Shown piece by piece: positions 34,188-45,408 of a DNA stretch of 64,000 nt. Under the pieces are notes generated by a model. The model was not told the origin of the DNA. It made no database searches and saw only the letters and a program-made list of their open reading frames with translations. The position numbers and the translations under genes were made by a program. Source of the stretch: Hyaloraphidium curvatum SAG 235-1 (taxonomy: Eukaryota; Fungi; Monoblepharomycota); assembly GCA_025558095.1 (NCBI GenBank), contig JAIVFI010000018.1, forward strand, positions 1 to 64,000, given 5' to 3'. How positions within the stretch are numbered: the first letter of the stretch is position 1; each line of letters begins with the position of its first letter.

Positions 34188-37090
34188 ATGTCCGCCAACG
34201 GCCGGCTGGCGACGCCGCCCGAGTCGCCGCCGAAGGGCGCGCGGGGCGGCGACGGCTCCCCCTCCGCCCCCGCGCCCGGCAAGGTCACCGGCCTGTGGGC
34301 CGCCGTCGACGCGCACATCGCCACGATCAAACAAAGGGACGCCCGCATATTGGCGCTGGAGGCGCAGTTCGCCGCCGAGCAGGCCGCCGTGGCGAACCAC
34401 CTCGGCCACATCGAGCGGCTCGAGAGGGAGAATGGGGTGCTGAGGGCCGACCTCAACGCGGCGCTGGAGCGCGAGGCGTCGCTCGATGACGGTGCCGGGG
34501 CCTCGAAGCGCGATGCCAACCTTGCCAGGCGGGCCGCCGCGGACGCAAAGAAGGAGGCCGAGATGCGGGACGCCGCGCTGACCGAGAGAGACGCCCGGAT
34601 CAACGAGCTGACCAACGGCAACACCGCCGCGAGGGCGAAAATCCAGCAGCTCCAGAAGGAGCTGGCCGACAAGGACGCCAAGCTGGCGGCGATGGCCGGC
34701 AAGGTCGCCGAGGCCGAGCGGGCCGCCGGGGCCGCCCGGGAAGCGCTCTCGGAAAAGACCACCCTCCTCGCCGAAAGCACTTCCAAAAGAACACTGCTGG
34801 AGGTGACTGTCGGCAAGCTGGAAGGCAAGGTCGCGAAGCTTGAGGACGCCGCCGCCGAGTCGGCCAACACCATCGCCGGGCTCCGGGCCGGTTCTGCGGA
34901 AAAGGATGGGCGCATCTCGGCACTGGAGAGCGACCTGGCTTCCCGCGACGCCAAAACGGACGAGCTATCGTCCGATCTGCGCGTTGCGAAGGACGAAATC
35001 GGCCGCCTGGCCGGGGAGCTCGACTCGCTCCGCCGGCAGGCCTCCTCGGAGCGGGCCGCCCTCGAATCGGACCTCTCCGCCGCCCGCGAGCGTGCCGGCC
35101 AGCTCGATTCCGAATCATCGGACCTCCGCTCCAAACTTGCCGCCTCCGAATCCCGCGCCGCGGGCCTGGACTCGGACCTCGCCGCCCTCCGCGCGGACCT
35201 CGCCGCCTCCCAGTCCTCCCTCGCGGAAACCAGAACCTCGCTCTCGGAAGCGCAATCCGCCCTCGAAGCCGCTGAGAAGAAAGTGGCGGTGCTCGAAGGC
35301 GTGCTAAAGGGCGCCAACGAGGCCAACGACGAGCTCGAGGCGGCGGTGGCGAAGCTCGAAGGCGAGCTCGAGGGGGAGCGCAAGGCCGTCGAATCCGAGC
35401 GCGCGGCGAAGGGTGCGGCCGAGAAAAAGGGCGAAGAACTCGACCGGGAGCTCGCGGCCGCCAACGCCGCCCTGCTCGCCTCGGAATCGCGGGCCAACGA
35501 GCTCGACGCGGACCTCGCGCGGCTGAGGGAGGTGCTCGCCGCCTCGGAGAGCGGGACGGCGGAATTGAGGGAGCTCCACGACGCCGCGGGAGACCGGATC
35601 GCGGCTCTGGAGGGGGAGCTGGCCAAGGCGAAGGAGGGGGAGGAGGGGCTGAAGGGGGAGCTGGAGAGGGCAAAGGGGGAGGCGGAGGAGAGGGGGACGG
35701 AGGTGGAGGCGGCGCGGAAGGAGGCGGAAGGGCTGAAGGCGGAGCTGGAAAAGGCCCGTGGGGAAGCCGAGGCCGTGCGCGTGGAGCTCGCCGACTCCAA
35801 AGCCGCCGCCGCGGGCGAGGCCGAGGGACTGGCGGCGCAGTTGGACAAGGCGCGCGAGGAAGCCGAGGCCGCGCGGAAGGAGGTCGAGGCGAGCAAGGCG
35901 GAAAGCGAGGAGCTGAAGGGGCAGCTGGAAGCCGCGGAGGGAGAGGCGGAGGGCCTGAGCAAGCGCGCGAAGGAGGGGGAGGCCAGGATCGGGGAGCTGG
36001 AGGCCAAGAGCGCAGAGCTGGAGGCCAAGGCAAACGAGCTGGAGGCCAAGGCGGCAGAGTTGCAGGCCAAGATCGGCGAGCTCGAGGTATCCGTCAGCGC
36101 CGTGGAGGCCGAGCGCGACGCGGCGTCCGCCAAGGTCGCCGAGCAGGAAGCCAAGGTCGCGGAGCTGCAGAGCACGACGGAATCGGCGGCGGCCGAGATC
36201 GGGGACAAGGTCGCGCGCGCCGAGAAGGAACTCGAGGAATTGCGGGCGGCACTGGCTGCCACGGAGGAGGCCAAGGAAGCAGCTGCCGCCCGCACCGCAG
36301 AACTGGAATCGATCGTCGAGGCGGCGACCAAGGACAAGGCGGACCTGGAAGCCAAGGCCGGCGACCTCGAGGCGCGGATCGCGGGCCTGGACGCTGAGCT
36401 CGCGCAGCTCCGCGAGGTCCTCTCCTCCTCCGAATCCTCGCGTTTGGAGCTGCAGGAAAAGGCCGACGCGGCCGCGGACCGGATCGCCGCGCTCGAGGCC
36501 GAGCTCGCTGCGGCCCCGAAGAACGCGGCGCCGCCGGCCGAGATGGAGGCCGAGCTGGGGACGCTGAGGAAGAAGTCGACCAAGGCCGAGAAGCAGCTCG
36601 CGGACATGAAGGAGCAGGAGGCGCAGCTGCAGGATTGGCTCAAGCACGGGGCCGAGGTGATCGAGGAGCTCGAGGGGGTGGTGGCGCAGTACGGCAGGCA
36701 GATTGCAAAGTGGGTTCCTTGCCGCATTGCCGGGCACGCCGTCCTGATCTCCCGAGCCGCAGGTCGAACGCGCTCATCAAGGTCGCCGTGGACCGGATGC
36801 GCAACCGCGCCCAGGTGATCCGCGTCGCACCCCGCGGACAGAACGGCGGCGGCAACGCCGACGACAAGGCCGACAAGCTCGGGCTGAACCTGCCCAACAA
36901 GGACTGGGCGCACGCGGACCACGAGGCCGCGATCAAGGAGAACGAGGCGCAGCTCGCGGCCCTGGAAAAGGCGGCCGAGAACGCCGACAAGCTGGAGCTG
37001 GACGTCAGCGGGAGGGACCAGGGGACGGTGGCGCAGGACGTCGTGGCGGCGTTCAAGAAGAGGCTGGGGGGGAAGAAGGACAAGGCTTGA
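34188..37090 (+). CDS. Long coiled-coil protein (about 950 aa)
   Basis: Continuous Ala/Glu/Leu/Lys heptads; intron about 36710-36762 joins ORF 36635..37090. Confidence 0.85.
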
Positions 37091-37220
37091 ACGGCCCGTT
37101 CGGCATTATTGGCGACATTTCACCGGGGAATCTTGTTCATTCACTAGTTGGAAAGCATGCACACCTTTCTATAGAGAACATTCAAGCAACGAAAGTGAAA
37201 GAGTGAAGAAGAGTCTAGCT

Positions 37221-38123
37221 TCACAGCTCATTCGTTTTAGCGTCCCCCGCGCGGGCAGCAAGCTCGCCAAGCTCCTTGATCCACTGGTCGAGCCATTCAC
37301 GGTCCGTGAAGGCCTTGGTCGGCAGGATCGGCGTGCCCGACTGCCCGAACATGGCCCCCTTGTGCGCGGCGAGCTCTGGCGCGAGCAGCAGCGGCACCAC
37401 GTTCTCGGCGTACCTCTCGGGCGAGATGCTGAAAAAGCCGATCAGCTTCTCCGAAAGCCACCCCGTCCAGCTGGCCCCCTCCCCGCCGTGGTAGTTGTCC
37501 CTGATCCCCGTCCTGATAAGGCCCGGGTTGAGCCCGTACGCGGCGAGCCCGCGGTCTTTCCAGTAGTGCACCAGGGCCTCGTTGGCGGCGACGGTGTTGA
37601 GGTGCACCTGGCCCATGCCGCCAGAGTACGAGACGTCAGAGTTGAGGTCGCCCAGGACGCCCTTTTCGCCCGAGCCGGGGAACCCCATGATCCACACGCG
37701 GGCTTTGGGCTGGCCGAGCAGGCGCGGGCCGAGCTCCTCGAGGATGAGGTAGCGCGACAGGGCGCTGACGGCCATGTCCTTCTCGATCCCCTCGGCCGTC
37801 ACCTCGCGCACGGTCTTGGCCATGATGCCGGTGGTGAAGACGTAGCCGTCGAGGTCGGCGGGAAGCTCATTCCCGACCCTCTTGGCCTCGCTCATGAGGC
37901 TCAGGTCGGCCTTGAGGAACGAGATGCCCTTGACGCCCTCGTCGCGGAAGGTGCGGCCAACGACGGTGACGGCGGCGCCCTTGGCGGCGAGCAGCTTGGC
38001 GATGGCCCGGCCGAGGCCATCGGTGCCGCCGACGACGGCGAAGCGCTTGCCGCCAAAGTCCAGCGACGAAACCGCGGCCTTGTTGAGCTTGACAGAGGGG
38101 TCGGTGCCGCCGAAGATGGACAT
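37221..38123 (-). CDS. Short-chain dehydrogenase/reductase-like oxidoreductase
   Basis: VVGGTDGLG, FLKADLS, LNPGLIRT; intronless, 300 aa. Confidence 0.88.
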   Translation of the reverse strand: MSIFGGTDPSVKLNKAAVSSLDFGGKRFAVVGGTDGLGRAIAKLLAAKGAAVTVVGRTFRDEGVKGISFLKADLSLMSEAKRVGNELPADLDGYVFTTGIMAKTVREVTAEGIEKDMAVSALSRYLILEELGPRLLGQPKARVWIMGFPGSGEKGVLGDLNSDVSYSGGMGQVHLNTVAANEALVHYWKDRGLAAYGLNPGLIRTGIRDNYHGGEGASWTGWLSEKLIGFFSISPERYAENVVPLLLAPELAAHKGAMFGQSGTPILPTKAFTDREWLDQWIKELGELAARAGDAKTNEL

Positions 38124-38494
38124 GGCGGTGGGAGGGAAGAGGAGTAGACGCGAGGTGTCTGCGGAGCTGACGCGAGGCTGACGATGCGAGCCTTTATGTA
38201 GCCTTGTCGTCGCCTTGCGTGGGCTCCGTGTTTCGAAAGAATCGGAAAATCGGCGTAGGGAGTAGGGCTAGTGCGACCAGGATTCGGATCGAGGACGTTC
38301 TCCGACTTTCCGCCACGCCGAAATCGGCAACACACAACCATCTCTACAATTCCTCGGGCTCGCATTCGCAAGACGACGCTGCCGCGGCGAGTTTCCGCCC
38401 GTACTTCCTCCGAAAATCCTACGTGATGTCAGAACCTCGCCTTCCTCCTCTCCTCCCCAAGGCCTTGGTACAAGGGCGGCAGCTGGGTACCGGG

Positions 38495-40337
38495 TTAGTT
38501 GGCACTTTCGGTAACGGACCACGTCTGTCCCACGTATGCGGCCATGGGGTCGGTCCAGGTGCCGGTCCTGTTTGTCCTGCACCCCATGTCTTTGAGAAGC
38601 TCCTCGACGTATGCGACGTAGTGAAGCATGTACTGCAGCGGGCAGCGAGTCAGCGCACTGGGACCGCTAGAGCTTAAACTCAACCTACCATGGATCCCAT
38701 CAGGTCGGCGCGGCGCTCGGTGGGGTACATCTTGCGCTGCCATTCGATGATGGCGTCGATCTCCCGGTTCTGCTCCTCCGCAGGGGGCAGGGCGACGTTG
38801 CCCTGGAAGAGGGACGAGACCCAATGGGCGCCGACCTCCGACGCTGTGTTGCAGTGACGGCGGCCGGCTCAGACCAAAGGACTCGCAACGAGACGGCGGC
38901 ACTCACTGAGGGAGTTCATGATGGACCTAACGAAGCCGTTGAAAGCGATCCCGCGGACTCCAACGGGCGCGATTCCGCGGTAGAGCCTGTAGGGCATGTC
39001 GCCGTGGGGAAGCCCGAGGTCGGCGGCCAGCTCCGGGGAGAGGTACGAGAAGGATGCCTTCCAGCCCGTGCACTGGACGACACAGTCCACGTCCAGGATC
39101 TGGGCTCCCTCTTCCGCGCCGCGGAGGGAGAGGGAGTTAGGGCCGACGAAGGCGAGCTCCATGTCGCGGTCGACGACCACGCGGATGGTTCCGTCGCGCA
39201 CGCGATCGAACAGGCCGGAGCTTGCTACGGGGATCGAAGAGTCTTGGAAGATGCCGAGGGAGGGATTTGGCCTGATCTCGGGGGCTGCGCATGGATAACC
39301 ATCAGGTCAAGGTTGTGCGCCGCTTGCGTATGCACCCACGTATGTTCTGAACCATGCCCCAGGAAATCAGGTCGCGGACCAGGCCTGCAATCCACGAGCC
39401 CAGTTTCGTGCCGTGAAGGTACGAGGACTGCTCGCCCCTCCAGTGCGGCACGAGCCACGCGAAACCCTTGCGGAGGACGGGCACCATGTCCTTGTTGTGG
39501 ATTTCGACAAAGTACCGGTTCTGCCTGCTGAGCATGGTCACGGGCTCCCCGGCCGCGCCGCCCGCCTTCCTGTGGTTCGCAAGCAAGGTGCAGACGTCGG
39601 CAGCCGACTTGGAGCAGCCGACGACGGCCACCCTCCCGGAAGCCAGGACCTTCTCCAGCACCGCGGGATCGCCGAGCTCCGAGGAATGAGCGACGAGGCC
39701 GCGGAATCGCTCCCGTCCCGGGATCGGGACGGGCATCGGGTCGCTGTGCAGGCCCGTGCAGACGGCGAGGAAAGTGCACGTCGCCTGGCGGGTTTCCTTT
39801 TCGCCGCCGATCCGGTACGTGACGGTCCACCGCGGCGAGGGCAGGTCGGAGAGCTCGCCGACCGGTTCGATGCTTAAGACGTCGGCATCGAGCAGGATCC
39901 TGGGACCGGAGGGCCCCCGTTATCTTCGCCTCGCCTCCTTCCTGCGCCGTCTGCTGACTCACCGCTCCATGCCGACGCGCGACTCGGCGAACCTCTCCAG
40001 CGCATCCTGCACCTCCTCCCTCCGGAGGCACACCTCGTCGGCGTGCTCCTCCCTCTCGAACGGGAAGTCCGAGAACCGGTACGACCCGCGCGGGTTGTTG
40101 GACCTCAGCCCGGGGTACCCGCGTCCCGCGGCCCAGACGCCGCCGACGCGGCCGTGCTTCTCCAGCACGAGGACGTCGCGGAAGCCGTCCCGGAGGAGGA
40201 CGCTGGCGGTGCTGCATGCGGTGCCGTCAGCGGCGGCGTCGGCCGGGGGTCGGCCGGGCCCACATGAGCCCCGTGAGGCCGGCGCCCAGCACGACCACGG
40301 GTTCGTCGAAGACTCCGGCTGGCGCGGGGCGCTCCAT
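38495..40337 (-). CDS. Flavin-containing monooxygenase (FMO-like)
   Basis: VLGAGLT(G), EKHGRVGGVW..YPGL, CTGLHSDP, FRGLVAHSS, VVGCSKSAAD, DCVVQCTGW, LYRGI; multiple introns. Confidence 0.88.
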
Positions 40338-41091
40338 GGGTGCCTGAAGCTGTTCAGAAAGAGGAGATAGGCGCCCTGGCTGTGGAGGTTGCCGAGGTCG
40401 GGACCGCCCATTGTTGCGGACGGACGTGCGGCAACCCTGCACAGCAATTGTCCGCTGCCAATGCGATGATCTGGAATCGGATTTGGCGAAGTGGGGGCAC
40501 AATAGCGCTATTGCAACCGCGGAGCATTGAACACCATGCGACTACTTCCCGCCGACGTCCGCGCATGCATGTCCAAATTTGATGCCAAGGCGGGGACCAA
40601 AGAAAATGCAGACTCTGAGCGCGAGTGGTGCGTCGGTGTAGATGAAAAGGGCTAGTACGAAGCGAGAAATGCCTTGGTTAGGTCGGATAGACTGGGACGG
40701 CCGCTCTTGGTGTCTAAATCTGAAAGGACCAGTCCAGATGCGAAGGCAGGGACAAGAACGTGATCCCGAGCGCGGATCGTGCGAAGAGGCTAATGGGAAT
40801 GCCTTGGAAAAATCCGATCAGATGGGGACGCTGCGCTCGGCGCGCCGATTGTGACTGCTGCCCAGCGGCGTCCCCGATCGCGGTTGCGCTCACACGCCCA
40901 AAGATTCGTCTCGCAACTGGAAGAGTCGACCGGATCAGGGTACTCAAGCCCTGATGATCGCGACTCTGAGCGGCAACGAGCTCTGCAGCAGCGACGAACG
41001 ATGTCGGGCAGGATCCGTAAAGCAGGCCGTCCGTCCGCCACGACGATTCGCGCTCGATTCCACCCAGGGCACACGGTGACACGCCCTCGCC

Positions 41092-41574
41092 CTACATCCT
41101 CCACTTGGGATCGCGGCTCGCACCGCCGGCTTTCATCGACGCCTCCACCCCGTCTCCATCCTCCGGATCGCCCATCACGCGACCGGCGCCGGTGATCCTC
41201 CACCCCTCCTTGAACCTCTGCAGGAAGTACAGCCCCGTCTCCCTGAACGTCTCCCTCCCCCCGGCGTCGGAGAACTTCCACAGCACCGTCGCGACGGCCG
41301 TGTTGGGCCCGTGCAGATCCACCCTGATGTCCAGGGGGGAGATGTCCTTTGCCGGCACGGGGGCGGTCTTTGCCACGGCGTCGAACACCGCGTGGGCTTC
41401 CTCCAGCGACCTCAGGGTGGTGGTGGGGAACGAGACGTCGGAGAGGTAGACGGGGAACGCAAAGTACTTGGAGACGTCGCCGCGTGCGAGGACGCAGGGG
41501 ATGTACTCGCGGAGGAAGGTGTGGATCTCGGCGCGGACGGCGTCCTTGTCGTAGATGGATCCGGCGGGCGGCAT
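41092..41574 (-). CDS. NTF2/SnoaL-like fold protein
   Basis: 160 aa; KYFAFPVY...GPNTAVATVLW...LYFLQRFKEGWRI pattern. Confidence 0.65.
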   Translation of the reverse strand: MPPAGSIYDKDAVRAEIHTFLREYIPCVLARGDVSKYFAFPVYLSDVSFPTTTLRSLEEAHAVFDAVAKTAPVPAKDISPLDIRVDLHGPNTAVATVLWKFSDAGGRETFRETGLYFLQRFKEGWRITGAGRVMGDPEDGDGVEASMKAGGASRDPKWRM

Positions 41575-41739
41575 CGCGGTGGGAGATGGGATGCCGAGTT
41601 GGGGGACGCTAATTGGAGGGCGGGCGGCGGGGATTTGCTTCCGGTGTCTCCCACAGAAGTCGGTGCAGGCGGATGTGAGGGCGGCGGCCGTGAGCGCGTC
41701 CTCCCCAAACACCCCACGAGCGCGTCATCCAGCGGAAAT

Positions 41740-42702
41740 ATGGCGCTCTATCTGCTCGTCGGCGCGCCCCTGGCCGCGGCCGCCGCCCTCGCCGCGCTGC
41801 GCCTGCTCCTCCCCTCGACGTCCTCGCGGTTCGTCGACCCCGCCGCCCCCGCCCGCACGCTGCAGCTCCCCGGCGGCCGCACCCTCGGCTACGCGTGCAC
41901 CGAGCCCTCCGATGGTGGGCCCGTGCGCCGCGTGGCGCTGCACTTCCACTGCCTCCCCGGCTCGCGGCTCTCCCTCCCGCCGGGCCCCGCGCCCCCCGGC
42001 ACCCTCCTCGTGTGCGTCGACCGCCCCGGCGTGGGCCTGTCCTCCACGTGGCACGCACCCCCCTCCTTCCGCTCCTTCGCCGCCGACGTCTCGCGCCTCG
42101 TCGACGCCGTGCTGCCCCCCGGCGCGGAACTCGTCGCCACCGGCCACTCGGCGGGGTGCCTGCACGCGCTCGCGCTGGCGGCCACCGACGCCCGCGTCTC
42201 CCGCGTCGCGCTGTTCGGGCCCATCGTGACGCCCTGGGTCGTCGGCGTCCCCGAGTTCGACTGGAAATCCGGGATGCGGCCCGCGAGCGCGGGCATGACG
42301 GAGATGCTGCGGGACCGCCCGGGCTTGGCGCGGTGGATCGTCTGGGCGCTGGCGCCGTTCCTTGTCGATCCGGAGGGGTCGGTCAAGGACATCGACGCGA
42401 CGGAGAAGCTGGCGCCGGAGGTGGCGGAGGGGGTAAGGAGGGCGGCGGCGGAGTGTTTCCGGCAGGGCGTCGCGGGGATGGCTGCCGATCTGGTGCTGTG
42501 CGGGTCGGGGCGGTGGGACTTCTTCCCCGGGGACGTGGGCTGCCCCGTCGCTATTGTTGTTGGGGAGAAGGACGCGTTCACGCCGCCTGCGATGGCAAGG
42601 TGCCTCGCCGGGGTGCTGCCGGACGCCAGCCTGGAGGTGGTGCAGGGGCAGGGGCACTTCGGGCTGTTTTTCGGGCAGTACATGTCTGCCATCGCCGGCT
42701 AG
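41740..42702 (+). CDS. Alpha/beta hydrolase with N-terminal anchor
   Basis: LPGGRTLGY, HCLPGSR, DRPGVG, GHSAG nucleophile elbow, GEKD acid, GHF catalytic His. Confidence 0.9.
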   Translation: MALYLLVGAPLAAAAALAALRLLLPSTSSRFVDPAAPARTLQLPGGRTLGYACTEPSDGGPVRRVALHFHCLPGSRLSLPPGPAPPGTLLVCVDRPGVGLSSTWHAPPSFRSFAADVSRLVDAVLPPGAELVATGHSAGCLHALALAATDARVSRVALFGPIVTPWVVGVPEFDWKSGMRPASAGMTEMLRDRPGLARWIVWALAPFLVDPEGSVKDIDATEKLAPEVAEGVRRAAAECFRQGVAGMAADLVLCGSGRWDFFPGDVGCPVAIVVGEKDAFTPPAMARCLAGVLPDASLEVVQGQGHFGLFFGQYMSAIAG

Positions 42703-42816
42703 ACGTCATGGCGCTGGGTGTGCCCGGGTTCCATCGTCAATATTATTGACGTCGACGCGATGCTGCCAGTGCGTTCCGGGGCACCGGCCGCAGCACCCGA
42801 ACCGCGGGGCCGCCCT

Positions 42817-43776
42817 TCAATCCTCCACCACCCGTGTCCGCAGCAGGAAGTACGTCACCCTCATCAGCCGGGGCTCCAGCCTGTGGAACAGCACCGGCTC
42901 CATGCTGCAGCACCCCTCCCCTGGCTCGAGGTTGTACGACTGCAGCCGGTACCACTTCAGCGTCGCGATCAGCTTCCCGTCAAACAGCTCGTCCGGCCTC
43001 AAATAGGAGAACCGCTCCCTGCCCATCGCGTCGCGGGTGTCTTCGGGTAGGATCCCGCGCTGCGCGAGGCACCGCGCCACCAGCACGTCCTCGAACCCGT
43101 GCTGGAGGCAGGAATGGTGGCCCTGCGCCACGGCGGCGGCGAACTCGCGCAGCGCGGCGCGGTTCAGCGCGTAGCCCGAGCCGGTGTTGTAGTGGTGCGC
43201 GGGCATCCCGGCGAACTTGAGGCGGCGCCCGACGTACCGCGGCACGCCCGGGTCGGGGAAGTGGCCGCGCACGTAGGCGCGGAAGTTGCCCGCGAGGAGC
43301 AGCGAGTCGTCGTCCAGCTTGAGGAACCAGTCGGCGACGGAGGCGTATTGCCGGGCGGCAAGGAGCAGCGCGGCGCGGACGTTGGCGAACAGCGCAATGC
43401 GGTCCTCTTTCGCGGCCCGCGGCAGCACGATGAAGCGGTCGCCGTGCGGCGTGCCCGCTAAACCCTGCGCCGGGTCGGCGCCGGACGCGTTGGGCGACGA
43501 CACCACGAAGCGCAGCACGTCGCAGTCGCGCCCCCACGTGTCCTCGACCGCCGCTCGCTTGGCCGCCGACTCGGCGGAGAGCTGCGAGAGCACGAGGCAC
43601 ATCAGCCGCGGCGTGCGGGGCGGCAGGGGCGACAGCGCGGGCGCAGGGGCGGCCGGCGGTGCCAAGTTTGCGAGAGCGTCCTCGACGCCCAGACCGCCCG
43701 AGAGGTGCAGCGCCGCGAGCAGAGTCAGATTAAAGGCCAAGAGGAAGGCGACCAGGCCCGCCACCGACGCGCCCAT
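42817..43776 (-). CDS. GT31 beta-1,3-galactosyltransferase (core-1/Fringe-like)
   Basis: Type II anchor; TWGRDCD, WFLKLDDD, YVGRR, GSGYAL, EDVLVARCL, EGCCS...FH. Confidence 0.9.
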   Translation of the reverse strand: MGASVAGLVAFLLAFNLTLLAALHLSGGLGVEDALANLAPPAAPAPALSPLPPRTPRLMCLVLSQLSAESAAKRAAVEDTWGRDCDVLRFVVSSPNASGADPAQGLAGTPHGDRFIVLPRAAKEDRIALFANVRAALLLAARQYASVADWFLKLDDDSLLLAGNFRAYVRGHFPDPGVPRYVGRRLKFAGMPAHHYNTGSGYALNRAALREFAAAVAQGHHSCLQHGFEDVLVARCLAQRGILPEDTRDAMGRERFSYLRPDELFDGKLIATLKWYRLQSYNLEPGEGCCSMEPVLFHRLEPRLMRVTYFLLRTRVVED

Positions 43777-43942
43777 CGCAGGCACGCGTCGGCGCGTCCC
43801 CAGTCTCGGCGGCGAGGGATTGCTTTCCGCCCCTTCGATTGTTTTAGTGGCCAGCGGCGGTTTATCCGCAAGCCCGCCCGCCCCCCAGGATCTCCATTCG
43901 GGCGGACGGACGCCGGCGCAGGGCGGGTGACGGCGGGGAGGC

Positions 43943-44989
43943 ATGTCGCGGCGGGTGCGGCCGGCGGCGCTGGGTGCGGCGCTGGGCCTGGCCGTGTCCC
44001 TGGTCCTCACAGGGACGACCGGCGGGCTGTGGCTCGCGCGGCTCCAAAAGTGCCCGGACGGCGACGCGGCCGCCGTCGCGCTCGGGGGCGTCCCCGCCAA
44101 CTCGTCGTCCCGCGCACCGTGCCCCTTCCTGCCGCGCATCCCGCGCGTGGTGCACCACGTCTTCGGCCTCGCGCCGGACTTCAGCGGCACGCCGTTCAAC
44201 GCGCTGCACGCCGCATCGATCCTCTCGGCCCGCAGGCACCTGCGCCCGACGCAGGCGCTCTTCCACCACACCTTCGAGCCCTCGGGCCCGCTCTGGGACC
44301 TCGTCAAGCCGCACCTGACCCTAGTCACGGTGGCCAACTTCTCGCACATCTTCGACCGCCCCGTCGACGTGGTCGCGCACAAGGCCGACTGGGTCCGCCT
44401 GAACGCGCTGCTCGAGCACGGCGGCGTGTACCTGGACATGGACACCATCGTCCTCCGCGACATGGACGAGTTCCTTGAGCTCGACGCGCTCTCCTCCTCC
44501 TCCCTCCGATCACCGGACCCCTCCGCCCCCGCGGCGTGCGAAAAGACGCACCAGTTCGTCATTGCCAAGGAGGGCACCTGGGGCGCCGCCAACGCCGTGA
44601 TGCTCTCGGCGCGCAACGCGACCTTCCTCCGCGCGTGGCGGCTGCTGTACCAGTTCTTCAACGACTCGGTGTGGGCGGACCACTCGGTCTACCAGCCGCG
44701 CAAGCTGGCCGAGCAGCTCCCCGAACAGGTCACTCTGCTGGAGCAGGGCGCGTTCCTGGACCCCCTGTTCGGCCCGCAGGATCTGGACAGGGTGTATGCC
44801 AAGGGCAGCGCGCACGACTGGCCGAGGTGGCAGTACGCGTACCACGGGTGGGAATCCCGCGCGGCGGCGCGCTACAACTTCTCGGAGATCTTCGAGCCGC
44901 GGTACGTGATGAAGGTGGACAGCGCGATCAACAGGCTGGTAAGGCCGTACATGGAGGAGCTGGTGGGACAGGGTCTCAAGGTGGGATAG
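43943..44989 (+). CDS. GT32 DXD-motif glycosyltransferase
   Basis: Type II anchor; IPRVVHHVF, AHKADWVRL..L..HGGVYLDMD, WADHSV..P. Confidence 0.9.
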   Translation: MSRRVRPAALGAALGLAVSLVLTGTTGGLWLARLQKCPDGDAAAVALGGVPANSSSRAPCPFLPRIPRVVHHVFGLAPDFSGTPFNALHAASILSARRHLRPTQALFHHTFEPSGPLWDLVKPHLTLVTVANFSHIFDRPVDVVAHKADWVRLNALLEHGGVYLDMDTIVLRDMDEFLELDALSSSSLRSPDPSAPAACEKTHQFVIAKEGTWGAANAVMLSARNATFLRAWRLLYQFFNDSVWADHSVYQPRKLAEQLPEQVTLLEQGAFLDPLFGPQDLDRVYAKGSAHDWPRWQYAYHGWESRAAARYNFSEIFEPRYVMKVDSAINRLVRPYMEELVGQGLKVG

Positions 44990-45021
44990 CGGGGCTGGAG
45001 GCCGGTGGCCCGGGGGTGGGG

Positions 45022-45214
45022 GCACGTCGTGTCCTTCTGCCGCACGAAGCTCCTCCCGCACGCCGATCCGTCGAACCTGCTCCTCGCCTGCCGCGACACG
45101 CACACCATCGGGCAGTCCGTCTCGTGCCGAATTTCGTTCCTGATCACGATCTACGGCACGAAGCACGTCGGCGAGGGCATGGCGTGCTGGCTCGGTCTCT
45201 TGACCGGTGACGCG
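45022..45214 (+). pseudogene. About 190-bp duplicated fragment of the 5' end of the F-box-like gene at 52.6-52.8 kb (inverted orientation)
   Basis: HVVSFCRTKLLPHADPSNLLLACRDTHTIGQSVSCRISFLITIYGTKHVGEGMACWLGLLT aligns to HVVSFSGRTKLHPHGDPSNLLRTCRDMHAIGQSISCRISFLVTVYGTRHVGEGMACWLGLLT; no start codon and no continuation. Confidence 0.85.
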
Positions 45215-45408
45215 GCGTCTTCCGCCGGGCCGGAACGGTGCCCCACTACATGCAAGACTGCCCGATCGCGGGGCGCGGACTGGCCAGGAGGATGGCGGGA
45301 AGTCGGGATGGTGAGCGGAAAACGGCGTGGGAGGAGTACGAGAACGGCCTCGGACGCAGGGGGCCTCCGGAGGAGTAGTGTCTAAACATCTCGATTGATC
45401 TCAAGGAG

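Noticed and set aside
30569-36922. 2117-aa minus-strand ORF
   Set aside because: It is the antisense shadow of the coiled-coil and TF genes; the Ser/Ala-rich text mirrors Glu/Ala/Leu codons in stop-poor, high-GC DNA.
37221-44989. Secondary-metabolite cluster (SDR, FMO, NTF2-like, hydrolase, GTs, nearby TF)
   Set aside because: No backbone enzyme (PKS, NRPS or terpene synthase) in the window, and the GTs are Golgi type II proteins.
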